Below are positions 27,411 to 38,783 of a stretch of 64,000 bases of DNA, in pieces. Made by a program: the position numbers and the translations under genes. The notes below the pieces were generated by a model, which saw only the letters and a program-made list of their open reading frames with translations, was not told the origin of the DNA and searched no databases. The stretch covers positions 1-64,000 of the forward strand of contig JAPEUI010000060.1 in assembly GCA_026025075.1 (NCBI GenBank). The letters are read 5' to 3'. The stretch comes from Vezdaea acicularis. Taxonomy: Eukaryota. Positions within the stretch are counted from its first letter, which is position 1. Every line of letters begins with the position of its first letter.

Positions 27411-28599
27411 GGCCTTCTCTCGTCGCAAACCGAGGTGTCAAGAAGTTAATATAACTTGAAAGCGGCCAGCGCGTTATCAGAGCGCAAAATCGAGATAACT
27501 GGGAGGTTAAGATTAATACTGCTTGTTTACGCAAATTCGATCAGCGTGGATGTCGGTAATTGTTGATTTCGTGGTGTTGCGGAACATTCCAAACGGCCGT
27601 ATGGTGTGCTTGATATCATCGCTTACGATGCTAGGATGTTATGGTCAACATGCGTTGCACGGGGCAACCGTTTTCTTCGGCAGATGATGTCACTTGCCGA
27701 GGTATTCTGAAGGAGTAATCGTCTGGCTTTATTCAGTACAGGTTTCCAGCAATCGAGACATCATTCTTTCCTACTCACACAGTAGATGAGAGTTTGCGAA
27801 TGCTGGTCGCGACTACGGTAACGTTCGATCTCCGTCCTCGTGCATGAGCACGGCTTCCTTAGGAAGCGACAATTCCGACCGCATGATGAATTTTCAAGGT
27901 CTTTGATTGACTGAGGCATATCTTTTGTGTGCATGCTAAGAGCCATTATCTTGGCTCCTAGTTTCGTCCTCGGTTGTAGAGGGACAACTTTCATGAAGCT
28001 GGAATCTTACGATGGCCTTCTTACCGTGCATGAGTTGGCGTAAGATTATGGGACGTTGAGCGTTGTGGCGCGGGAGCAATTCTTGCAGCGATTGGTCGAT
28101 CATCGCCCAACACCACATTCCTTGCTGCTCCACGTCTTGTCAGCCACCGGACACTCCTGATCTGACTTTGTGAGATGGACTTGGCGCGTTACCCAGATGA
28201 CGCGTAGTGCGTACTAAGGCTGACAGCTATCACTATGCGGGTTAAGCGTCACCGTTGGTGCTGGGCGCGGATGAACAACCTTAGTCCGCAGTTCCCCTTC
28301 GGGCCCTTCGGGCCGTCCTATACTCAGACTCACTCTTTCCTTCAGCTTTGTACTTAATCAATCTAGCTTTCCGTTCATACATTCATTCATTCACTTGACG
28401 AGCTGTTTAAAGCTCAAAATCCCTCGATTGACGTCACCTTACCCGACTACTTAGAGCATTTGCCGACCGGTCAAAACACCCAAGGACTGACGTGAATGTT
28501 GTCTCATACGAATATATCGCATCTAGAAAGGCAGCTACAGCGACTTTGAAAATCCAAATAAAGGAGGGTTAGGCAAGCGCGGCGTTTGGCGCGTTTGAG

Positions 28600-30741
28600 A
28601 TGAAGACCTCATGCGTAGCAAGGCTTTTGGCCATATCCGCGATAATTGCGCAGACTCAGGGTGAGTTAAGACCATGGATAGTTCATACCGACTATTTTCG
28701 AGAGTCGCGCTGAAGGAGATGAGTTACAGCAAATCCTAGCCAATCGAGCATCGATCTGATCAGAAGAGCGTTTTCTGATTCACCTACTGGCGGCTATGCG
28801 CCTGGGCAGGTCGATTGTCCTACGGATCCACTATTGATTCGAGAAGCGTCCGGCCTATCCGAAAATGAGACTCAATGGCTGCAGAAGAGGCGGTCAAACA
28901 CAGTGCAGCCGATGCAAGATTTTCTGGGCAGAATGAAGATCCCCAATTTCGATGCAATATCATATATCAAGAATCACGCCAGTAATGTGTCTATGTTACC
29001 AAATGTCGCTTTAGCGTTTTCTGGTGGAGGATACAGAGCCTTATTGAGTGGTGGGGGTGCCCTCAAAGCCTTTGATAGTCGGACAACCAACGCGACGGGT
29101 GCGGGCCAACTGGGAGGGTTGTTACAATCAACTACCTATGTCGCAGGCCTCTCCGGAGGGAGTTGGCTTGTTGGGTCGATGTTTTTGAACAACTTCTCTA
29201 GCATTGAGGCCTTGCAACAAGAGACTCAGGGGTCGCTCTGGGAGTAGGCACATCACCATCCTCAAGAACTTTGGCGGACACTGATGATTGGTGTAACAGG
29301 TTCGGTAACTCCATCTTTCAGGGTCCGGCCAGTGGCGTGGTGGACCAGACTAAATACTACTCAACGCTAATTGACGAGGTGAACTCGAAGAAAAGCGCTG
29401 GCTTTGATACAACGTTAACAGATATCTGGTAAGAGGCCTTCGCTAATAGGTTGAGCGGCTGCTGAAAATTCATTAGGGGTAGAGCCCTTTCATTTCAGCT
29501 TATCAACGCAACAAATGGGGGCCCCGGCATAACATGGTCGTCTATTGCTGAAACTGAGGACTTTGCAAATGGCAATATTCCATTCCCAATAGTCATTGCA
29601 GACAACCGATCACCGGGTCAACTCGTGATCCCACAGAACACCACGGTATTTGAGTTCAATCCGTTCGAAGTGAGTCTTCCGCCGTTCCATCCCGAAAGAA
29701 ACGACTAAAATTTTGTTCAAGTTTGGCTCTTTTGACCCGACAACATACGGCTTTGTTCCCTTGCGTTTTCTCGGATCGAACTTTACAAACGGGAAGATTT
29801 CGCCAGATGGTAGATGTATCAGAGGATTTGATAACGCTGGCTTCGTTATGGGCACCTCTTCTTCTCTATTTAACACCTTCTTTCTGCAAATCAACACGAC
29901 TTCTATTCCGGACGTCTTCAAAACTCTCTTGAGAAATTTGCTAGGGGACCTGAGCGCCAACGACGAAGATATTGCAGATTACACACCGAATCCGTTCTTT
30001 GGATGGAACAACGCTACGAATCCTAATGCAGCTTCAACTCAGCTTACATTGGTAGATGGAGGCGAAGACAACGAAAATCTTCCATTCAACCCTCTGATCC
30101 AGCCTCATCGTAGCGTGGACGTAATCTTTGCTGTCGATAGCTCTGCCGACACCCCTCAAAACTGGCCAAATGGTAGCAGCTTGGTCCAGACATACGAGCG
30201 TAGTCTTAATAGTACCATTCAAAACGGGACAGCTTTCCCCTCAGTTCCCGACACCAATACCTTCATCAACCTTGGCCTCAACACCCGCCCAACTTTCTTC
30301 GGCTGCAACGCCAGTAACATGACTGGCCCTACTCCATTAATTGTATACATTCCAAACACACCATATATCTTCCAATCGAACGTATCAACAGAGTCGGCAC
30401 TGAAATTCACTACCACAATCCGTGATGCAATCGTCGAAAACGGCTACGATGTCGCTACGGCAGGTAACGCAACAGTAGAGAAAGATTGGCCGGTCTGTGC
30501 CGGCTGCGCCATGCTCTCGCGAAGCTTCGACCGCACGCAAATCCCCGTACCAGATGCTTGCCAACAGTGCTACCAGAAGTATTGCTGGAACGGTACCATC
30601 GATTCTAGGACCCCTGCTCCGTTCCTGCCGAATTTTGTCATTGCTCCTCTAAAAGTCACTAGCAATGCGGTCAACTTGAAGTTTGGGACGTCGTTGTCGG
30701 CGATCATTGCCGTGGTCATTGGTGCTACGCTTGTGGTTTAG
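28600..30741 (+). CDS. Lysophospholipase / phospholipase B, secreted and probably GPI-anchored
   Basis: Signal peptide, catalytic Arg motif SGGGYRAL, nucleophile [25 protein letters not shown], hydrophobic C-terminal tail. Four introns. Confidence 0.93.
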
Positions 30742-31374
30742 CATGGTGGTTTCATTGCATTGTTCTGAGGGTCTTGCATTTTGGATGGTTCGGCGCTGGA
30801 GAGGTTGGCGATTAAAGCTCATGTATTGGGACTGGCATTATGGAATGGTGGGACATTCAATGACTGGCTTCCTTAAGCCTGTATAACATTATATATATAA
30901 ATGAGTGAATGAATGGATGAAGATTTAATTGAAGCTTTCCATGTTGGGCTAAGGAACCCATACTCCCTGAGGTTGATCTACCGCTCCCTATCATGAGCCT
31001 GCTGTGCTTGTTGGGCTTGGAGTAATTGCTACATTAGTCAGACATCTTCCCAACAAAAGTTATCAGTCATATGACCGTAGATTGGGCTTTCTTTTGGCTA
31101 ACATAAATTGACAACTTCCGCTTATCTGTCAATACACGCAGCGATCACGCAATGCACACATACCCCCGTAGATCAATATTGAGAGGTTGCCGGTTCTACG
31201 AGAGATATTTAGACATTGCTCGTTGCTCAGGCACCATGTTTAGATAAAAGTCAATGATACAAAACGAGGAACGCAAACTATGACAAAAAAAAACGCGCTT
31301 TACAACACATCAGAAAGCACCAAGCGCGCCCACAAAACGCGCCCACAAACACACCCAACTCCATTATCTCCATC

Positions 31375-32443
31375 CTATCCCGCGACCTCATACGCATGCG
31401 TATTTGAACCATGATTCCAGTTCTTGGTTTCGCTGGTCGTCGGCATCTCCGCCATAGCATCCTGCTGAGTCCACTGGCCCGACGACCCAGTTGTGTTAGG
31501 ATTTGACCAGCCGCCGGTGGATCCGGATGGTTGGGGGTTCTGCCATGCTCCCGTTGGTTGAGGTGACATGTACGAGGGCGGCGCCACCAAGGGTGCTTGT
31601 TGCGGTGGGAGTACCTTGGGCTTGCGGCTACGGCAGCAGAAACAGACCGCGACGATGCCGGCAATGACGCCGAGTACGAGGGCTCCGCCGACGCCGGCAC
31701 CAATGTAGATCCCTGTATGAGATTTCGATGTGGGGGAGGCGCTGGCGGCTGATGCTGAGGTAGTGGATACAGATGCTACTGTTGCAGTAGCTGTCGCTGC
31801 TGCTGTGGCGCTGCCGGAGTTTTTGGTGCCTGTGGAAGTCGATGGGGAAGAATATCCAGTGGAAGCGTGGGATGCAGAAGTGGTCGACCCATAGGTGTTG
31901 ACGGTCGAAGCAGCCGCGAAGTCCACGCTGAAGATGTTGCTGGAATCGTCACAGCAGTTACCAGTCGACGAAGCGGCATCAATACAGCAGTATTGCGTGT
32001 TGCTACATCGCACGAGTTTCTCCCATCCTTCTGAGTTCGCTGTAATCAGACAAGCCACAGTTAGCCAACCATTCAGCATCTCCGCTGGGACAATCTGTCT
32101 CATAAGATGGCAAGATTGAGATGCGGTGTCACGTACTTGTCGCGCAGTATGACGGGCATCCTCCATTCTTCGCCCAAGTCTTGTCTGTGCATGCGCCTCG
32201 GAAGTAGTACGTGCTGTCTTTACCAAACTGACACAAGCCGTTTGAGAGACAGATATCGCCTTCACTCGGGATACAGCAGGACGACGTTGAATCTCCCGTA
32301 CAAGGGACGTAATCGTAGTCCGTCGGGACTAAGCCATTGGGATAGTAGCAAATTTGCGCCTGTGCAGTACTATAGAGAGTGGAGGAGAGTAAGAGAGAGA
32401 AAAGAGACAGCGCAGACGCGCTATATTCTCGTGATGTCCTCAT
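31375..32443 (-). CDS. Single-pass membrane protein with Cys-rich ectodomain and Ser/Thr stalk (Mid2/Wsc-like architecture)
   Basis: Signal peptide, CYYPNG...PC...SSCC...ICLSNGLC...YFRGACTDKTW...CP, S/T stalk, TM GIYIGAGVGGALVLGVIAGIV, tail with AEMP/YEV. Intron ~32040-32136. Confidence 0.85.
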
Positions 32444-33805
32444 GATGGATCTATACAACTGATAATGATCGAGATGTTTTGTCTTCCAATTGAGGAAAGA
32501 TGAGTACAAAGGAGAAAAGCACGCTCTCGTGATGTGTGGCAGTCAGCCCCGTTTTCCGTTTCCATTTTCAGCTGCTCCTTTCAGCACGGCAGAAGCCGAA
32601 GACTTCTGTGACTGCACAATTCAGGAGATTGGCCTACGATACGCGATACAGCCTCCACACGGAGAGTTCCGTGGTGATTTTAAACAGCCTAGCCATACTA
32701 GCGCGAAGCTTGTTTAATAAGGGAAAATTCGGGTCTATTCTGCAAGGAACAGAGTACACGTTGAGGTCCGAGGAAAGACAGGATTGAGGACGCGTCGAGA
32801 TGCGCTTCTCTTTTATATTGTTCAGACGCATGAGGAGTTGTGCACTTGAGCTGCGATGGGTGACGTGAGTCAAGACCAAATCGGCGCAAAAGTGCATTGA
32901 GGAGCCCTCGGGTCAGCTCGCTAAGCTAGCGCGTAAAATCACACTAAACCTTAATTAGGCTTGACGTCCGACAAGGGTGCAAGTGTTTCGAGGTTCAAGG
33001 AGGCACCATATGAGCTCTGCTATGAAGATTGAACCCCTCAAAAGTCTCTTGACAATACACGTGCGCGCTGCTTCAATGTTCTCTGATCGTGCATATGACT
33101 GCTGTGTATAAAGGAGGGTCACCTCAAGGGTATTGTCAACCTATCGGAAAGATCAAGCAAAATGTGGCAGCATCACAAACTATGCGCTCTGTCCTCGCTC
33201 TTTACCACACAATCTTGCTCTTTTCTTGCATTATCAGGACCATCCGAGCAAACGGCGGACCGGCCCGAGAATTGCAGCAGTGGCTGACCTCACCCAAGCT
33301 GGACTAAAGCACTCGCTGCTGATCAGTCGAGCTACCCCGCAATAGCAGCCAGTGAGATTCCAGCGCTACTGTATATCTTGCATAGACTTCGGTACTCCAC
33401 CTCTACTTCTCCGCCCTTCGGAAGCAGTTCTAAGCTCATTACTATGCATTGTTAATGCATGGAAAATCCTGAGGCTTCTAATTAGCCACCGGAGGGAACT
33501 CGAACACTTCCTTTTATAGCTAGTGCATGTCCCTCCACTAATTGGAGGCCCGGATGCAGCTAGAGAATGCAGGCCCATCCAGGCAACATGATCAGAAACA
33601 GGAAAGACGGACGATAAAGGTAGCTCCAGGTTGAGTCCCCGGTCAGCATGTGGGTTGGTCGCTGCGGGTATAAGAATCTCTCGGTGCCTCCCGTTCTCGT
33701 ACTACCTTTCTCATAAGTATTGTCCCAGCTCTTGGTCAAGGAACCAAGCCTGTTGACTCTCTTCATTTTGCATTGGGCTCACTTCATCGAACTGATCTCA
33801 AGAAT

Positions 33806-35578
33806 ATGTGTAATGAATGCCACCCGGGCGTGGCCCAGCTCGCCGCAGCGGTTACGAAAGGAGTTGACTTCAGTCAAGTCTCCCATAGCACAGCAACTCG
33901 CCTTACATATACTGATGATGAGGACACTATAATATTCAAGAGCACGAACAAGTCCATCATCACGATGAAAGATGGCCAGCTTTCGGCTGTTGAATCATTG
34001 GCGATCAGCAAGGGCAAGATAGTCGCTGCAGGGGCGTACAGTGACGCCCAGAGCGCAGCTGGTCCTGATGCAAAAGAGATTGATATAGGCACAAAATCCA
34101 TACTCCCAGGTTTCGTTGAGCCCCATCTTCATCTCATGTTGACATCTCTGGCGAGGTACTACTTCCTGAACCTCTCCCCCATGGTGGTTACAACTCTCGC
34201 CGAGGCCAAGAAAATCCTTGCAGATGATGCAAAGACAAAAGACCCTGCATCTGGGGCGTGGGTAGTAGGCTACGGCTATGATCCGTCTCGGGTACTAGCC
34301 CATCCAGACCACTCCGATGAGGTAAATCATCCAGACCTGACAAGATCCATGCTCGATGAAATATCGAAGGACCTTCCCATATATGTTCTCAACCAGTCAG
34401 GGCACATCGGGTATGTCAATTCGAAGGCCCTAGAGCTAGCAGGCGTGAGCGATTCAACCACGGACCCGAACTTCCAAAAGGTTGGCGGCAAACTTACTGG
34501 TGTCATATTCGAGCAGGCAACAAGCATAATCGGGACTAAAATCCCGACAGCGAAGCCTGAAGAATACTTTGACTGGTGCGTGAAGACGCTGGACTTTTGG
34601 GCGTCGAAAGGGTGTACTACTGTTTTCGATGCTGGTATTGGTAGTGTTGCTGGCGATACCGACATATTGAATGCTATCCAAACAATGCCTGTCCGCTTCA
34701 TTGGGGCATTGGCTATTCAGCTCGTGCAAAACATTCCTGTCGGCCTTATCAAGAGTCCTCCCTTCCTATTCGGGCAGGTGCAAGTACAGGCCATTAAGTA
34801 CTGGGCTGATGGCTCCACCCAAGGGTTCACTGCAGCCATTAACGATCTCTATAAGGATCGTTACGAAGACCAGCCTTGTGGGACTCTGAATCATAAGGAG
34901 GATCAAGACCTACAAAAGCTTATGGAACCCTGGCTCACTCGAGGCTGGCAGCTCGTCGTCCATTCCAATGGCGATCGAGCAACCGATCAGGTCCTTAGGA
35001 TATATGACGCTCTGTTCACCAAATACAAGGGATCCAACGAGAAGATCATGCACCGGATCGAGCACTTTACCGTCACCAGTCCGGAACAAGTCAAGAAAGC
35101 CGCGGAGTTGAAGCTCGGGGTCAGCCATACCATGGGACATGTATGCTACTGGGGCGAAACCTTTTACGACTACGTCCTTGGCCCTCCGCGGGCGTCGAGG
35201 ATCCATGCAATCCAAGACGATATACATGAGGACATTGTGTATTCGTTCCACAGCGACTCGCCGGTCACGGACGTCGATTGTTTGCTCTGGGTCAAGACCG
35301 CTATGACCCGAGAGACGTTCCCGAACAAGCACGTCTATGATAAAGACCAATGCGTGCAGTCACTCGCGGAAGCGCTGAGAGGCATCACTATTAATGCAGC
35401 GAAGCACCTCGGGTTGGACGACAAGATCGGCTCGCTGGAGGTGGGCAAGTCCGCGGACTTTGTGGTCCTAGCAGATGATCTGCAGAAGGTCGATGTCTAC
35501 AACATTGCGAACGTGAGGATCGAACAGACGTGGTTCGAAGGAAAGAGGACATGGGATGGTCCAACCAGCAAAATATAA
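33806..35578 (+). CDS. Amidohydrolase 3 (YtcJ-like metal-dependent hydrolase), intronless
   Basis: ATG at 33806 (MCNEC), PGFVEPHLH, SGHIGYVNSKAL, IKYWADGSTQG, HSNGDRA, HRIEH, HSDSPV, GSLEVGKSADFVVL. Confidence 0.92.
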   Translation: MCNECHPGVAQLAAAVTKGVDFSQVSHSTATRLTYTDDEDTIIFKSTNKSIITMKDGQLSAVESLAISKGKIVAAGAYSDAQSAAGPDAKEIDIGTKSILPGFVEPHLHLMLTSLARYYFLNLSPMVVTTLAEAKKILADDAKTKDPASGAWVVGYGYDPSRVLAHPDHSDEVNHPDLTRSMLDEISKDLPIYVLNQSGHIGYVNSKALELAGVSDSTTDPNFQKVGGKLTGVIFEQATSIIGTKIPTAKPEEYFDWCVKTLDFWASKGCTTVFDAGIGSVAGDTDILNAIQTMPVRFIGALAIQLVQNIPVGLIKSPPFLFGQVQVQAIKYWADGSTQGFTAAINDLYKDRYEDQPCGTLNHKEDQDLQKLMEPWLTRGWQLVVHSNGDRATDQVLRIYDALFTKYKGSNEKIMHRIEHFTVTSPEQVKKAAELKLGVSHTMGHVCYWGETFYDYVLGPPRASRIHAIQDDIHEDIVYSFHSDSPVTDVDCLLWVKTAMTRETFPNKHVYDKDQCVQSLAEALRGITINAAKHLGLDDKIGSLEVGKSADFVVLADDLQKVDVYNIANVRIEQTWFEGKRTWDGPTSKI

Positions 35579-35595
35579 CGCCCTAGTCCATAGCT

Positions 35596-36875
35596 CTAGT
35601 CCTGGTTGTCGCTGACTTCGTTCCGGCTGCGTGATGACGCGCTGTACACCGATCCATCGGAGGATGGTCTCGCTGGAAGAGTCGGTGGACGCTGAATCAC
35701 TGGAAGTCGCGCCCGTAGCTGGGCAGGAGGATTGTACTTCCTCCCCCCTAGCGCCATAGTCGAAGCCAGTTCCGGCTTTACTTGTAGATCATTCACGCAT
35801 TTGACCAACGCCATCATCTGTCCCCTAATCTCCTTATGCGCATCTATCGCGCCCCGCATGGATGCCTCAAAGTGATTGTCCGCTTCTGAGATCGTGTACT
35901 CTTCAATCGACGACTGCATCGCCCGCGCATCCGCTTCCAGCTGCTTGAACGTATAAAAGTCATCCAGCATCTCCATAGCCGACGCGATAGCCGGCGAGTA
36001 CGAAGGCAAAACGGGCTTACCGCTCGCAGCGACGAAACTGGGGAGGGAATCATACGGCTTCACAACCGCGTGGATCCGCTCGTCCGCCGCTTTCGCGTAC
36101 TGGAAGAACTCCGTGATGGTCTCCAGTAGATCACGCAGAGCCCATGTCTGACTGATGGGTTCGTATATAGCACCCTTGGCGAAGGTCGCGGATATCGACA
36201 GATTCGCCATGTGGCTCAGACTCTCCATGTCTGACTCCTCCGGACTCTTCACTAGTATCGTGGCTAAGATATCGTGTAACTTCGCCTTAACCACCGCTGC
36301 GTCGTCCGCGTCAATCATTTTCACGTACACGATCCCGATGAGCTCTCCCCCCGACTCGAACCCGGAGATATACCGATCGCCATAAATCTTCAGGAACTCG
36401 GCACTCGACAGCCTCCCGAAGGGCTTGAACACCGCTCTAGCCTTCTCGTCGGGCCAAACGCCCCTCCCGACCTTCGCGGTGACGACGAAACTGAAATCCG
36501 CATCGCGAAACTAGATAGGTACGCATAAATCAGCATTTCTTCGAGCCTTCGTTCATTCCTAGCCGGTCTTGAGCCGTGTCTCTCGACACACCTACCTACC
36601 TTCTCCTCATCAACCACACCCCCAAACCTCCCGCCCCTGAACCCTCCACTCGCAATCGTATCCGCAGCGGACAGATTCAGCGTCCTAGCCAGCTGACTCG
36701 GGCGAGTCACGCATTCGTGGCTTAAGACGAGGCGCTGCGACGGTCGAGGCTGGTGTGGATCGTCGATTTCGGTTGAGGAGGGGAAGTCGACGGCCGCTTG
36801 GAGGCAGGTTTGTTGCGTGTATGAGTTGAAGCCTTGGCCTAGTCTCATGCGCGGGTGGTAGGGGATGTAGTCCAT
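35596..36875 (-). CDS. Hypothetical protein with MACPF-like signature, 2 exons
   Basis: ATG at 36875 (MDYIPYHPRMRLGQGFNSYTQQTC). Intron ~36511-36600 (gtaggt...tatctag) joins in frame to the 35596 ORF, which contains FLKIYGDRYISGFESGG. The gene model is well supported; the MACPF call is inference. Confidence 0.7.
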
Positions 36876-37512
36876 TGTGGGTTTTGTGAAGCTGGGTTTT
36901 CTCGGTGGGGGGGTTGTGGATGTTGATCTGCTGGCTGCCGTTTCATACCGTAGGACAAAAATAGCGGTTTTAATATTCGAAACTTTTTGCCCCGCGGCCG
37001 GGTTTTGCAGACGACGGCAGTATCCCCGCAACTCCCAAATAAACGGGGAAAATCGCGCCGCACACCACACCACCACCCCAGAAAACAAGACAGTAGCGCA
37101 GCCAGATGAACAAACGGCCCAAGACCCTCTGCCCAGGAAAGTATTGGCTAATTCGCCTATCAAGCTCGAGAAGTCCTCGTGACTAAGCAACGACTCCCCG
37201 ACAACCAGAATCTTGAGGATAGCGGGGGACACTTACTGGCCCGTGCACATCACGCGAGAAAAAGGCAGGGAGCTACTTTTTCGAGGGCCATGCGCAAGGG
37301 GCGCAGGTCGCGGTCCAAGCGCGGTTTTTGATATATATCCACGAACACTCACAATATCTCAGATAGTGCGGCAGCGAAAATGAAGAAAGAGTATCGTATT
37401 ATTACATTACACCAGAATCAGTCATGAGAATGACACTCTACCAGCGCGCCAGCATAAACCCAGCTGAATTTTCGTCCCTCCGAGACAAAAAAGAGAATGA
37501 AGAAAAAGATGT

Positions 37513-38783
37513 TTAATTGGTGCAAATAGCACCGCAAACGTAGTCCTTGCCACCGGGCGTCATGTTGCTGCAGAAGGGACCCTGTCCGAAGGGGAAGCCG
37601 ATGTACAAGGCACACTCGAAGCCGGGCCGGCAATCGGAGTTGCTGCTGCATAGGTAGCAGTCGGCGCACTTCTGGGTGACGGTGGCGACGAAAGTGGATG
37701 TGGTGGTGGTGGAGAAGAGGTCAGTCTCGGTGGTGGAGATGGTGCTGGTGGCGGTGCTGGTAACATCGGACGTGGAGATCTCGGTGGTGCTGGAGATGTC
37801 GGTTTCGGTGCTCGACGAAATAATTGTAGTAGTCTAGAACGGGGGAAAGAGGTTAGCTGACGTCCTCAGAAGCTTGGATATGATGAGGGATAGGAATTTC
37901 TTTTTTTCTTTGGGATTCTGCTGTGATTCCTTCGGCCGGAAGCCCGCCCTTCATAGTGACTTACAGTAGTGGACAAGGGCGCGGTAGACACGGTTGTAAT
38001 GGTGGCTGAGGTGATGGCTAAGCTGCCGGTCAAACAGCTGCAGGCAGAGCTGAGACGACTGGCAGGCGCTGAATACTGGGCAAGGCAGGCTGGAGCAGGC
38101 GAGCTAGTCGCACGAGCCTCGATATTGCGGCGAGGCAGGGCAGTCGTGCCGAAGAATTCACTGTAAACTCTTGAGGCAGTCACAACATCACGCTTGCGCA
38201 TGAGTGGAGGAATGACTGTGATAGTCGTTGTAGTCACAGCACTGAAGACTGCGGTTGTGTCGGTTGTTCTAGAATAGATCAGTACGCAGAACACGAAAAT
38301 AGGTTAACCGCAATCGTTGCTGAAGGGTCACTTACGTAGCAGCTGTTGTTGTGGTTGTGGTGAAATCTGTTGTAGTTGTGGTAGTCGTACTAGTTATAAA
38401 TCAGTATGCAACGCCAAGAGGGTTTCAAAGGACATCAATAATTAATGCCGACTCACCTCGTTGTGGAGGTCACTGTTGTTGTAACCTGAGTTGTGTAGGC
38501 GGTGGCGACCCTTGACGGAGTTAGCAGACCAGACCAAGAAGAGTCCTGCTTCTCCCGAAGAGGGTACATACGTAGTGGGAGTGAAAGTGCTGGTGTACAC
38601 GGTTTGAGTGCCGTATGAAAGAAGACTGCTACAGAACGCTGATGCTGTGGGCGTAGCGCCGAGGAGGCAACGGAAGACATTGTCACGATTGCAAGTAGTA
38701 GTACGAGCCTCGATCGGGCCAGCGAAGGCACGAGCGACAAGTCCGAGGACTGTCAGTGCTTGGGGAAGGTGCGAGAAATGCAT
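37513..38783 (-). CDS. Secreted Thr-rich protein with Cys modules (cell-wall/adhesin-like), multi-exon
   Basis: Signal peptide MHFSHLPQALTVLGLVARAFA, CNRDNVFRCL...SAFCSSLL, Thr-rich exons, PACL...RLSSACSCL, C-terminal 8-Cys module ending CGAICTN; TAA at 37513-37515. Confidence 0.8.

Noticed and set aside
26676..27459. Long hydrophobic plus-strand ORFs (220 and 173 aa)
   Set aside because: Antisense shadows of the Lys/Ala/Thr-rich BRCT gene.
27883..27914. ATGATGA...CTGA resembling snoRNA C/D boxes
   Set aside because: The span is only ~32 nt, too short, and there is no terminal stem.
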